NCBI GenBank assembly: GCA_051294375.1
Contig: CM119265.1
Coordinates: forward strand, 24,163,341 to 24,227,340
Length of the DNA stretch: 64,000 nucleotides
Reading direction: 5' to 3'
Origin: Paraspadella gotoi
Lineage: Eukaryota; Animalia; Chaetognatha
Part shown: positions 32,261 through 48,747 of the stretch, in pieces
How positions within the stretch are numbered: position 1 is the first letter of the stretch
How the letters are laid out: each line of letters begins with the position of its first letter
Translations under genes and position numbers: made by a program
The notes under the pieces: generated by a model
The model's input: the letters and a program-made list of their open reading frames with translations, nothing else
The model's database searches: none
What the model was told of the DNA's origin: nothing

Positions 32261-33641
32261 CGTCGTGTGTCTCTTGGGTGAGTTAAAGTTTGGGCGCTCT
32301 TTTCCGAAAGTGCCCCATTTTGGTGGTGTTTTATAACTATTTAATTTGATGAAAAACGAGATGTTTTGTGATAAATATTCATTATTTTGTGGTCTTAAAA
32401 TCGCAAGTAAAAGGACCAATAAATGTATCTGGTCAATCAGATCCATCTGGAGGCCTGTTCCCTGCGATAATAGCTTAAAATTTAAAAAAAATCCACTAAG
32501 AAAGATCAATTTTAATCGTTAAATTTATAAGTAGTCAAAAAGTTTTTAGATCGTAACTTCCGTTGTCAACTCTTTAAATTTTTAATATTTATGACAAAGA
32601 TTGTTAAAAAAAAATAATTAAAAAAAATAATTTAAAGATTGTGATGGAATGAAAAACATAAAATCTAAATCCAGAAGACTTTATTTGCATGATATGGTTT
32701 CTGCGAAGCAGAGAGATCACACGCTATTAATCTCGGGTTCGACTCAACGAAAAATGAACGTTGTGAGTGACGTAATATCAACAGTTGAAAGTTTTTAAGA
32801 TTACTTAAAAAAATATTTTCATTTTTTAAAATCAGGAGTCCACGCCAATCCCGCCAACACTGATGACCTCCTTAATGGTAAGAAAATTTAATAATAGTAA
32901 AATTTCACGTGTACGATTTAAGAAAAAGTTATTTGACTAAGTTGGCAAGATCTTTTGAATATTTACGCATATTCTCATATTCTCATCTATCTCCCTTTTT
33001 CTTTTTCGTCTTTCCTCTTTTCTCTCTTTCCTCTTTCCATATTCCTCTACTTCTTTTTTCCGCCTTTCTTTCTTCATCTTTTCCCGACTTCTTTCCTTTC
33101 CTCCCTTTCCTCCCTTTCCTTTTCCCCTTCAGTCCTCGCCAACGCCGCCGAGGAGAAGAGAGAGGCGGAGGAACTCGCGGCTCCCCTCGCCGAGGAGGAG
33201 GCCAAGCCCGAGGAGCCCGCCGTGGAGAAGAAGGAGGAAGAGGAGGAGGAAGAAGAAGAGGTAGAGGAGGAAGCCAAAGAGGCCGAGGACGAGTCCGAGG
33301 AGGAGGAAGAGGACGAAGAAGTCGAGGAAGTCTCCGAGCTCGAGAAGAAGGAGGAGGAAGAGGACGAGGCTCTCGAAGAAGCCGAAGATACCGAGGAGTC
33401 CGAGGAGGAGAGAGAGGTGGAAGAGGAAGCGGGAGAGGAGGAGGAATTGAGCGCCGAAGTCGACGACGATTCCAACGCGGAAGGAAGTCTCCGAAGAAGA
33501 CAAGAGGCGAACGACGTCAGCTTGTCCTACGACGAGGATTCGGCCGAGGAAGCCGAGGAGGAGTTGGAGGAGATGCAAGAGGAGGTTCAGGAGATGAAGG
33601 AGGCGAAGGAGGAGCAGATCGCCAAGCTTAATACGGAGTAG
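32261..33641 (+). CDS. Second copy of Glu-rich proprotein B (5' end lost in gap; probably an assembly duplicate)
   Basis: Partial exon 32261-32277, then exons 32836-32877 and 33133-33641. Compensating -2/-1 deletions near 33480-33507 give a short frameshifted stretch (GSLRRRQE). Confidence 0.55.
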
Positions 33642-35429
33642 GATGATCTGGAGGAAAGATTAAAGAGACTCTTATTTTTTTTTTAAAAATCTCATCCCTT
33701 CCCCCCAATAATATTTCCCCCCCCCCCCATTACTACTTATCGGGGTGACCTAATTACATCCGGGGCCTCGACTAAAATATCAACTTCTCGAGCTTTGCCC
33801 TATTTACATCATGGAGCTCGTAAATTCAACTAATGTCTCCCAAATTACATCCGGGGACGGATTCCGGTTCCCAATGACATCCGGGTCAACCGTGGATTCA
33901 AAAACAATAAATAAAGGAACGACGTTGAGATCAAAACAAAAACTGTGACTTTTTTTTTGCTCTATTTTTTTTTTCATATGTGAAGCTCTTCTGTGTTTGA
34001 TGCCGGAGCGGCTCATTTTCCTCGGGCAAATATATATTTAAATTTCTCAGTTTATAAACCCGAGGATAAATGACTCATCCGGAACTTTTTTTTGTTTCAC
34101 CTTCATTTGCTCATCTCAGTAGAATTTTTTCCATCGAAATTGCCCCGTAATTAAATTGGGGGAAATTTCATGGACGGAAAAAGTAGATTTTTTAAAAGTT
34201 AGTACCAATTTAATTTTTTTTGTTTTGGAAAATGGAATTAACCACAGCCGACCTCTAGTTTGTAGATTTAGATTGTTGAGAAAGTATGATAGCGGATTTA
34301 TTTGGAATTCGTTGTCTCTCTTCTAGTCGGTACTTATTTCGAACGACTGTTAAACTATTTTGCTTTTTCGATGTAAATCGCGCAAATAAAACATTGACGA
34401 TTTCTATATTTTGTAATTATTGTCTTTTATTAAGAAAGATAAATGGTTTTAACTTAAATACGTAACGTAACGTAAATATGGAGAATAATTCATTTTAGAA
34501 ATAACGTCGTGACATAGAAAGAAAAGGTTTAAAAAAAACTAAGCAATAGATGAAAGATGTACTACCAGTAAAACTAACGGTAAAATTTATTATTAAGGGT
34601 TTAAAAACTTATTATTTTACAACATAAATTTTGTTCAACATGAACTTTTATTCACTTTTCATATAGCGGTTTATTGACTCCGCGTATCCGAGCGGAAGTC
34701 CATCGAAAAAGAAGGAATTACTTAATTTTGTTTAATTGGAATCAAAGCGACTGACGAACAGACATAATGACGGACAAACAAACAAAAAAAAAGACGAGTT
34801 TACGAGCGGCCTGAATTGAAAACTACGAATGGAAAAATGAAAGAAGTGAGACGTTGAATTTTAGAAATATTTCCTATATCGGGTAGAACATGAAAATCAC
34901 ATAATTTTGAAACTATAAAAATAAGAGATCAGATGTTAAAAAAACAAAAAAAAAAAAAACAAAAAAAACATAATTTTGAAATCTCTCAAAGCTTGACAGA
35001 TACTTAAGTCTTAAGAGTTAGACATCGCACTGAACAAAGTTGAATGACAATGATGATTTTTGTCATGATTATTAGGGTATTCAAAGCAGATACCGCTTTC
35101 AGAAAACTTGGAACATCATTTACAATTCCTGAAAGAAAAACATCTGCATTTAAATAAATCTAACCGAGCATTATTCGCCTTTTCCTTTTCCCAAAAGCAT
35201 CGCTGTTTGCGAAAGTTATCATTAGTGTCATGTTGTCCATTGTGACAAGTTATCATTAGTGTAATGTTGTCCATTGTGACAAGTTGTTTCGTGAGTCGTT
35301 TAAATCTGTTATCGTTTTAAGCTCAACCGCGCTCACTCTAATATCTCCTATTGGAATTTCAATGTTTCTACATTGTAATGATTCTTTCGTGTATCTTTTT
35401 TGAGCGAACAACAGAGAGAGAAAACGAGA

Positions 35430-35499
<70 letters not shown>

Positions 35500-36048
35500 G
35501 AGAGAGAGCGAGAGCGAAATATTCGTGTGAGAATCTTGGAAATTGGAATCTCTTGGGACCGAAAACTCACCTTCGTTCTTAATTTAGAAAAAAAAGAAGA
35601 AGAGAGAATCGGTAGAGTTTCTTTCCAATTAAGGTTGTTCATCGAAGATCGGTAAACAAATGTCGCTACAAGAAGACCGACGAACCGAAACGACCGACAA
35701 ACCGACAGACCGACCGCCGCTCTTGAGCAAAGTGGCCACAGAGCACGCCTGGCACTTTGGTCTGAGCAGAAAATCTGGCAAAGACTGGAATCAGGATCTG
35801 TATTGCAAACTGCTCGCTGGAATATTGCTTGCATCCTAATTCTCCAGACGATTTTTTTTTGGTAAATATTAACATGAACATCGTAAAGTAAAAATTAACT
35901 GCATGACAAACTTTTCTAAGCGAATATGCTGAGCAAATTAAGCTAGAATAAACAATACGGCGTAGTTTATTTTTTGCAGCTCGATGTCTTTAGCCCGACA
36001 ATTTGTTTTGACACTTGCTCTCTCTCTCCTTTCTCTCTCTCTCTCTCT

Positions 36049-36103
<55 letters not shown>

Positions 36104-36129
36104 CTTTTATTCTAGATAAAGAAGCCTTT

Positions 36130-36207
<78 letters not shown>

Positions 36208-37173
36208 TATCTCTCTCCTCTTTCTCCTCTCTCTCTCTCTCTCTCTCTGCTCGTTATTTTTTCCTGCCGCTGGAAGAATTGCAGACAAAGATTGCACAAG
36301 TTGCAGACGAGACTTAGCGCTCATTCCTCTCTCTTCTTCTAATGATTCACGAACGAATTTTTTTTTCCGTCAAAATTTTTTATTTTTAAATCTGAGTCTT
36401 CGAGAAATTTTTATTCCAGATAGTCATCGTCGTCGTCGTTGCTGTCGTCGTCATCGTCGTCATCGTCGTGGACACACCTTCGATCCGGCAAACTAGTTGT
36501 CGCACGAAACTGAATTTTGATTAAATCAAATCGAAAGTTGGAATCTTTTTTCGGGTTTTTTTTTAATCAAACCGGATTTAAATATAGATATTTGAAAAAG
36601 TAACAATAAAAATAACTCGAAAAACCTGAATTCGTTTTAGCGAAGATTTTTTAAAAATTTATTGTGGCTCCGTAAGCATTTTTTCTGCCTTATACGTACA
36701 TCCGCCTCGCTTTTGTGGGAACTAGATTTTTTTTGCAATACAAACTTCCCCGGACGAACTTACTTTAAAGAGACGAAAAACAATCAAAGAAAAACTTCTT
36801 TCTCGTCAAACTGAAAACTATTTTTTTTTAAATTAAAAAGAACATTTTTTGGGTATATTTTTAGATCGTCGATAAACGAATTCGAAGTTTACAATACTGT
36901 TTATCCCCAAATTTTTTCTTTAGTTCATGAACGAGGGCGTCGAACTATCATCCCTCTCTACAGCTTAAATAATCTTAGATACCCATCCTTCGCCAGACTC
37001 CGCATTATTTCTACTTAACTCACCCACCCAACAGTCTCGCCAGACTCTCGCCACACTCACGCCACCCCCGCTAATTCCCACCTAATCACCCCCGGACTTC
37101 ACTCCGATTCCCGATGTCCTATCGCCGCCTTCGCTCCGACTCTTCTGACCCTCGATTCCGTTCCAAATCCAAA

Positions 37174-37204
<31 letters not shown>

Positions 37205-37247
37205 CGACGATGAAGACGAAGTCGGAAAAACGAAAAAACCAGATTCG

Positions 37248-41077
<3,830 letters not shown>

Positions 41078-41555
41078 AATTGATAACAATATGTAATAGA
41101 ATTTGCTTGGGAAATATACTAAACAAAAAAATCGATAGCGTTTTTACTAAATCACGAAAACATACGGTAAAAAAAACAATAAAAAACACTCGTTTAGTTT
41201 GTTTCTTTTTTATTTTTTATTTAAACGATGATAAACAATTATTTCTTCAACGTTATTGTATAAATTTTACATAAATAAATCCATTGAAACTTTTCTGAGA
41301 TACTAATATTCTAAATTCTAGATAATAATTCTTAATTATTAATTCTGAAATAGTCAAGGTTGTTTAGAGTTAATGCAAATTAGTACTTTAAAACAGAAAC
41401 AGGATGATAATAATTACGATACTTTTCTACAATCTACACACAATTACAAACTACACTACGGTGGGCTTATTTTAGTCATTATAACCCGCCGAAATATTTA
41501 AAACATTGCCTCAGATTAGGCCGCCTACGCCATCACCTCTATATCCCTTCAGACT

Positions 41556-42969
41556 CTACGAATGCGGAGCAAAGTTAAAGTGCATAAAGTCGGGTTCCTG
41601 CGCAGTGTAATTCATGGGTCTGAAGTGTCGCTCATGATCCCGGTTGATGTTGGCCGTGTTGACGTTTTCGTCGCCCATAATGAGTTTCATGGCGCCACTC
41701 ACCATCCCCATATCGTTGTAGTCCGACATCGTGTGCTCCTGTCGAGATGGGATGTCAGATGGGGACCGAAAAAGTGTCGTTTTTTAAAAATAAGCTATCT
41801 TGCCACTGACTTTGGACAGGATTTAGTGGTTTAAGGCATTCATCGCTCTTTCAATGCACTATTATGGTTCCCAGGCTTGTTTCATACTTATTACAGCATT
41901 CACTACTTTGCTCCTTCTATAAGATTCTGTCCGTCTGTCTCAGTCGCTTCATCCCTCTGTCTGTCCACATTTTCATTCGCATTATGAATTTCTAATTTAT
42001 ATTTCTGTGCAATTTTTCGCCAAGTTTATTCTCAAGGGGGCCATTTTTACTCAACTATTCTTAATAATAACAGCGAACATAACGTTCATAACATAATGTT
42101 AATGACCTTAAATTAAATATTAATCGCTCACATGAAGCAGTCGCTGGAATTGCTGTCACCGACATTCAGCAAAAACCTGTATCGCAATCATTGTGAGTTC
42201 CTTCTCCAGGTAAACAACGTATTCGAAGTTCTTCCCACGGATCTGAAGAACTTGTACCGTGTCGCTTGGATCGACCTCCTGGAGGAAAAGTGACAAATTA
42301 TTTGTTTCAAGGATAATATTTTATAACTTTCTCGTTAATAGACGACGGAATTTATGTATTTTGGTGCTAAAATGGACGAACGGAGGAATATCTACAAAAA
42401 CCTACATTTTTCATCGTACATTGTATTGTACTACATGATGATAAGTGAAAAGGTTAAAGATCGAAATAACAAAAGAACATTTCCTCACCAATAGACAGTT
42501 TCTGGCTTTTGGCACGATCTTGAGAATGTGATGAGCGATCATGGCCGCCATCTGCTTCATCACCGTCGCTCTCACCTGCGAGTTGAAGGAAAGAAAGGAT
42601 CGTCGAGGATAGCTCAATCTAAGGACCATGTGCAATGATGAATGCAACCTTGGGATTCATCAGAAGTGTAAGAAATGATTATTTAATATGATCTTAAATG
42701 AGATGAAATGCGCATTCATAGTTAAGCTGTTTATATTAAGCCTATTGGTACTTAAGAATATACTTCTATTATCTGAAGCAAATATACCCTCCTATAGAAG
42801 CAGCAACTACATCAACGAAAGTGAAAAACAACAAAAAACAGCAAAGAAAACAGCAACAAAACAGTCAAACCGGGAGTCCGCTGCTATTCTGAATGATGAT
42901 AAAGCCCTTGACTCTGGGCATCGCCATGAGTTCCTTTTGCATTCCGTCCAAGACAGCGATTCCGGCCAT
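41556..42969 (-). CDS. Divergent roadblock/LC7 dynein light chain-like protein with C-terminal extension, 156 aa
   Basis: Minus-strand exons 42969-42871, 42575-42489, 42278-42177 and 41738-41556, all phase 0. Product: MAGIAVLDGMQKELMAMPRVKGFIIIQNSSGLPVRATVMKQMAAMIAHHILKIVPKARNCLLEVDPSDTVQVLQIRGKNFEYVVYLEKELTMIAIQ-EHTMSDY...FAPHS*. The pattern follows DYNLRB (GIPIRTT; DIDP..LTFLRIRSKK.EI.V...KE..LIVIQ). Confidence 0.8.
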
Positions 42970-43340
42970 GACGAAATTCCAAACAGAATTACTTGACGAA
43001 ATTCGCAATAGATTTTCAACGACGTTAGAGACTTCGTACTTGTGTACTTTGTGAGAATAAGAGAAAATTCTAGCGCTTAACTCTCTTTGTCTTTGTCTTT
43101 GCAGTTAATGACGAGTTATCTCAACGAAACTTGAAACCTGAAATTGACTTTACCGACAGTCATCTCTCTTTGAGAAAAATATTAAATAAATATTGTCCGG
43201 GGCAGTTAAGTTTAATAATATTTTCATTCAAGCAGCAGGAATAATGCCATTAGTATAAATGATTGACGACTGAGTAACCAACATTAAACGGTGACTATCT
43301 AATTCCTTTATTACAGAGATGATATTTATTAAGACACGCT

Positions 43341-43374
<34 letters not shown>

Positions 43375-43377
43375 TCT

Positions 43378-43426
<49 letters not shown>

Positions 43427-43865
43427 CTCTCTTCTCTCTCTCTCTTCTCTCTCTCTCTCTCTCTCTCTCTTTTCTCTCACGCGCAACAAAAGCGCATCAA
43501 TTTCTACCGCGTTTTCGCACGTACTTCCGCTACGCGTTCATCTTCATCGTCGTCATCGTCGTCGTCATCGTCGTCGTTCGCGCCGTGAGTCAGCTGATCA
43601 GCTTCATTTCTTCTCGTTCAGAAAACTTATTTCTGTGAAATGATCACAAAAAAACCTTTTTCTCTTTTCGACAATTTTCTTTTTCAATATCACGAGTTCA
43701 ACTCGAGCTTGCACTAAGCTCATTTTCATCTTCCTTAGCTGATAACTCTTCAAATTTTGATTTAATAAATCTATTATTGTATTAATAACTTTTCTTCTAC
43801 GCTTTTTCTTCCTCTTTTCCAACATCTCATTCGGCACGCGATGGCATCACAAAAATAAAACCGTC

Positions 43866-43931
43866 TATCAAAAGATTCGAACCTGCGACCTCACATCCTC
43901 GAGCACCACGTACTATCGGAATCAGCTCCGC
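43866..43931 (-). mobile_element. Degenerate tRNA-like / SINE-head relic
   Basis: The minus strand reads gcggagctgattccgatag...gaggtcgcaggttcgaatc, an A-box-like and a B-box motif. The T-stem and acceptor stem do not pair. Confidence 0.4.
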
Positions 43932-44429
43932 AAACGACAAATTTATTTTTGTGCGAATTTTAAAAAAGGGCTTCTTTGTTTTCATTATCAGTAGCAAGAA
44001 CTGGAGAATAAAGGATTTGATAAAGTGAAATGTTTACCCAGATTTTACGCAAAGTAATTTTACTGAAGAAGTATAAAAATATTCCGCGGTCCAAATCCTT
44101 GAAGTTACTGGGTACAAAAAACGAGGTGTTTTAAAGTTGACCTTAATTATAGTGGAGAATGGATCTATAGAAGCTAACCGCCTGTCGGCCTAAAAGTGAG
44201 ACTGACTTAAGGTTATGAAAAAAAGATGAATTGCAAATCCCAGTAAGAAAATCCAGGCGAGCAATGATAGCAGTGGCTGTTTGAACGACGGAATACTAAA
44301 ACGAGCTTAAAGAATTAAAATGTTAAAACAAATAGCTTCTATAAAAAGCAAGCAAATACCAGAGTAGGAAGCCATTTCGTCTATCTCGCCAGACCTTTTT
44401 ATTTTTTGATAAAAAATAAAATTGACAAA

Positions 44430-47400
44430 ATGAAGATGAAATCGACTGTTCTTTTGTTTATTGTTTTGGTCATTTCCAGCGTTCTAGGGTCGGAGGGTAA
44501 GTAAAGAAGGGAAGTATAGCAACAGTAGGGTTGCCTGTGATGCCTATTGGGATGGTTAATCTCACTGTTGGCTTTAGGGGCTTCCGACCCTCAGTGGGCG
44601 ACCTGCCACCGGCGCGGTTACCCTGGGAAAGTTCCGCTTTGCCAACACAGAGGACAGTGAGTAGAACGTAACTCTTGGGATGGTGTTTTCCCCCTCTGAG
44701 CCAATGGGATTGACTGTACCACAACAGTAGGATAGTTTTCTTCTGATCCGGCGTCGTCACCGCTATGTTTTTCTTGTAGCCGTTGACGCCGTCGCCGCCG
44801 CCGAGGCCGCTGACGCCGCTGACGCCGCTGACGCCGCTGACGCCGCCGCCGCCGCCGACGACGATGGCGAGGAATTCCTTCAGGTTTTGTCGCCGGAAGA
44901 AATCATGGAATATAAAGCGGATCCGGCGGATATCGGCGGCGGCGGAATCGCCGAGACCATCGCCGCCGCCGGAACCAAAGGTGAGTTTTTTGGGTGAGTA
45001 AAAAGGCTGGGGACTTTTATAACATATAAGCCACGCGGTGACAGATTTAAGTCTTTATTCATTTAATAATCTTGTCTCTGACTTTGGACAGGCTTTGGTG
45101 GTTTAAGGTCTCCATCAAGATATTTCGATCAATACTCTCTCACGTCTTTTTTATTCACTTCCTGAGTCCTTCCCTATCATGAAGTGGCATAATATTTCAA
45201 AGAATGTTTTAATTGTATGAAAGATCACTCCTTTATGTTTACTTCTTCTTCCTTTTTTCTTTTCCTTTTTTCTCCTTCCTTTTTCCCCCCTTTTCATCTT
45301 TCTCACATTTTCCTCCCTTCCCTCTTTCTCTCATTACCTCTACCCGTTATTTCTCTGCTCTTCCCCTGTTTCTATCCCCCATCCATTCCTCTTTTTCCCG
45401 ACTTTATTGTTTCCCCTTTCCTCGCTCTTCCTCCCCAGGAAATTTCCAAATGGACATGAAATGGACAAACTTCAAAAGGACCTTCTGTACAATCCCTCTG
45501 TGCCGAAGACTTACGCGGGCGCCGCGATAATCGACAAGTCGGTACCGCTGGCCGAAGGGGATCATTCCCTACAGGTGTCACGAAATATGGGGGATTAAGT
45601 TTCAGTATATTTGCCACTTAACATTTATATGTATGACTCTACGCCGATGGAAAAAAAAATATCTCAAATAATTGACGAAAAAATGTAAATTTAAACTTAA
45701 CTAACTCTAGTGAATGAAATGGCAATTCAAATTATTCATTTTTGTGGCGAATATTTAATTTTCCTTCAAGCTAAGATCATTAAAAAAAAAAAAATAAAAA
45801 AAAGGCATGAAAATGAGAAACTCCTTCCCCAAACAAAGAATGTAGTTGTGAAAATGTTCGCCATTTATTATTTTGTTTTTAATTCTATTATTTATAAAGC
45901 AACCAATCAAGTTTTCCTTCCACCAATAACCAATTTCAACCATTCGATGCCGCAGGATTTCGAGCGCCATCTCGAAGACGAGCTTCATCTATTCCGCTAT
46001 GAAAGAATGGATGGATCGAACCTGCATCGTGTTTAAGGTGGAGGAAATTCTTTTTTTTTTGGGGGGGGGTTGTTGGGTTTAAGGGGTTGTTGGGTTTAAG
46101 GGGTTCTTGGGCCGTGGGGTGTTGGTGTGAGAAGTTAGGTGAGAGGGTCGAGCCGTAGGGTGGAAGATTTAATTAATTAATTAACCTTTGAGCTTAAGGT
46201 AATCAAATCAACTCGGTTTATTTATTTATTTTAATTATTCCCGATGATAAAATGCGCAAATTGAAAAACAAAATTGTTTTCTTAATTTTAGTTATGGGGT
46301 TTTTTTTGGGGGGGGTGGAGGGACAGTGAAGTCACTAAATCATCAGTTTAATTTCTCTTATTATACAAAAGCTAAAAAACAAACTTGAAATCGTTCCAAT
46401 TTAGATGCAAGAAAAACTTTTTTAAAAAAATCACTTTTCCGCGGTTTCGCTCGAGGCGTTAAAACTTAAAACTCAGTGGGCGTGTTAACTTGATGGGCAA
46501 AATGGCTGTCAGGGACCCGAGGCTCTTCAAAGGATGGCCGGATGATGGTTCAATGTCTGAATTTAGTTTATTTTATCATTTTCTTAAATTTTTTTATACC
46601 NNNNNNNNNNCGATTGAGGCTGTTCAATTTTCTAAATATTTTTTTATCTGGAAAAGAAAAATTATTTTTAACAATCCAATTGTCTTATCTGATTTCTTTT
46701 CTGTACAGGCCCAAACACCGTCCTTGCCTTTACCTCACCCAATGCAACTTCCCCTTTTTCACGCAGCCGGCCTCACAATCAACGAGCGGCGAGGTGGGTC
46801 ACAATCACGCGGCCACGATCGTCAGCGAAGACGGGTGTTGGTCGCCGGTCGGATATCAACACGGATATGATCAGAAGATCTCCTTGCAAAACGTGAGACG
46901 TTTTATACTACTATGGTGGACTAAAATCCACCAACCCTTCATCAGCGGCCACTACTAAGTTTTAATCTTGTGGAAAATTGTGAAAATGTTTGCCAAGATG
47001 GTTTAGGAGTCACCTGCTAGTCTTTTTAGAGTAAATTAAATTGTCATCGTGACCCGAGATGCAGACATCGACGATTGACCCATCTATAAATTCCCAGGGC
47101 GGATGCTCTCACCACGAGATCGCGTTGCACGAACTGGGTCACGCCATCGGACTCCATCACGAACAGTGTCGCGTCGACAGAGACACTTGGATCTCCATCA
47201 ATTGGAACAACATCGAGAAAGATAACCAGTAAAAGACAAAATTGAATTCAATACGAGAGAGAGAGAGTGGGATCAGAGAAAGTCATATTGCTGTCTAAAT
47301 TGAAAACGCCGCTAAAAGAGGGCGTGAATCGATTCCGAGAAGGAACCGGATTCTTAAATATATATAGATATATATACAATGTAACATAATGTATATTATT

Positions 47401-48300
47401 CTTTCCGTTTCTCAGATATAACTTTATGAAACAAACTGATACGGATCCCTTTGGCGTTAAATACGATTATTGTTCCATCATGCATTACGAAGGTGAGGTG
47501 AGGTCTGTTTTAAACAATGATCGACGCAAATGTATAAGTACAGTAGATACCTAGTTAAATTTCAAGTAATATTTCGTCGGGTCATCGAATTAACTTATTC
47601 TCCACAGGAAATTCGTTTTCTAAAAACGGCGACATCACGATGGTGACCAAAGATCCAGATTATCAGGTTGTTCTGAATTAGCCATATAGATCTTAATTTA
47701 GACCACGTATATATCTTTGTCTTTTATCTGCCTAGTTCTCCATCGGAAATCAAAAGTTCCTCTCTTTCACTGACGCGAAAATTGTCAACCAAATGTACAA
47801 TTGTAATTGGCACTGTGGCAAGTAAGTGGGTTTGAGGACATTATAAACAATGTATGTACGATAAATGCAAAAAATTACGTTTCAAATTTCTACATGAGTG
47901 AAGTCAACCTTTGCATCCTCCCAATCTCTACCCAATCTCTACCCAATCTCTACCCTTTCTCTACCCATTCAGAGCCTCATGGTGTAAATCTCCTTGCTAC
48001 GTCAATCACAAATGCATCTGTGAATGTCCCAACCCTTGCGTGAAACGTCCATGCGCCGACTATCCGCCAAAGGACAACGGAAACCCCGATTATTGCAAAC
48101 AGTGAGCCTGCAACTGCAGATGTAGATATCGCTGTCGGAAGATGATGTAATATTTTCATAATTGCAGCGCCGAATGCGAAGGAGAGTACCGCTGGTGGTA
48201 CCGCAAAGTCTGCGCAGAAACTTGCGGGGTCTGCAACGAGCTCCGGGGGAACGGTTGGAGCGGAAGCGGATATGAAGAGGAGGATTGGAAGCGGAAATGA
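44430..48300 (+). CDS. Secreted astacin (M12A) metalloprotease with EGF-like and ShKT domains
   Basis: Exons 44430-44496, 44780-44980, 45439-45574, 45956-46037, 46767-46892, 47098-47228, 47416-47492, 47608-47666, 47736-47821, 47973-48101 and 48168-48300. Motifs: signal peptide, acidic prodomain, RWPKGIIPY, TCIVFK, GCWSPVG, zinc motif HELGHAIGLHHEQ, Met-turn SIMHY, Cys-rich CKSPCYVNHKCICEC and ShK-type C..C..C..CAETCGVC. Exon 3 needs compensating -1/+1 indel corrections. Confidence 0.9.
44530..44721 (-). mobile_element. ~190-bp GC-rich insertion flanked by a 10-bp direct repeat (caacagtagg)
   Basis: caacagtagg at 44520-44529 and 44722-44731 brackets a GC-rich block in astacin intron 1. Confidence 0.6.
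44566..44647 (-). ncRNA. Twister-ribozyme-like RNA, type-P5 permutation, probably decayed
   Basis: Minus strand: UGUUGGC AAA GCGG AA CUUU CCCAGGG UAA CCGC GC CGGUGG-CAGGUCGC-CCACUG AGGG UCGGAAGC CCCU AAA GCCAACA. P5, P2, P3 and P4 all pair, and the UAA cleavage loop and GC/AAGC pseudoknot motifs are in twister order. T1, P1 and the general-base G are imperfect. Confidence 0.6.
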
Positions 48301-48647
48301 AGAGGATGAGAAGCGGAAATAAAGAGGAGGATTGGAAGCGGAAACGGAGAGTAAGGGGAGGCGTGTGAATTGAAATAAAGGAGTAGGGCGGAAGTGAAAA
48401 TGGAGTTGAGAAATAGAAATGGATGAACAGAACAGGCCTAATAAAACAATTTGTTAAAACGAATGTTTAAAAACCAAAAAAAAACTAATTAACGTTTGTT
48501 AAATAAAATTAATTCTGTCGATTTGAACGTTTTTCTGATTTATTTTGATAAAAAAAAGAAACAAACTCAGGATCTTCATAATCAGGGTTGCAAGCGGCGA
48601 TAAAATATTTAAAACATTTCAAGCTTTAATTGATTCACACAAAAGTT

Positions 48648-48682
<35 letters not shown>

Positions 48683-48701
48683 CTCCTCCCTCTCTCTCTC
48701 T

Positions 48702-48747
<46 letters not shown>

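Noticed and set aside
43866-43931. Functional tRNA gene
   Set aside because: The acceptor and T stems do not pair; kept only as a SINE-like relic.
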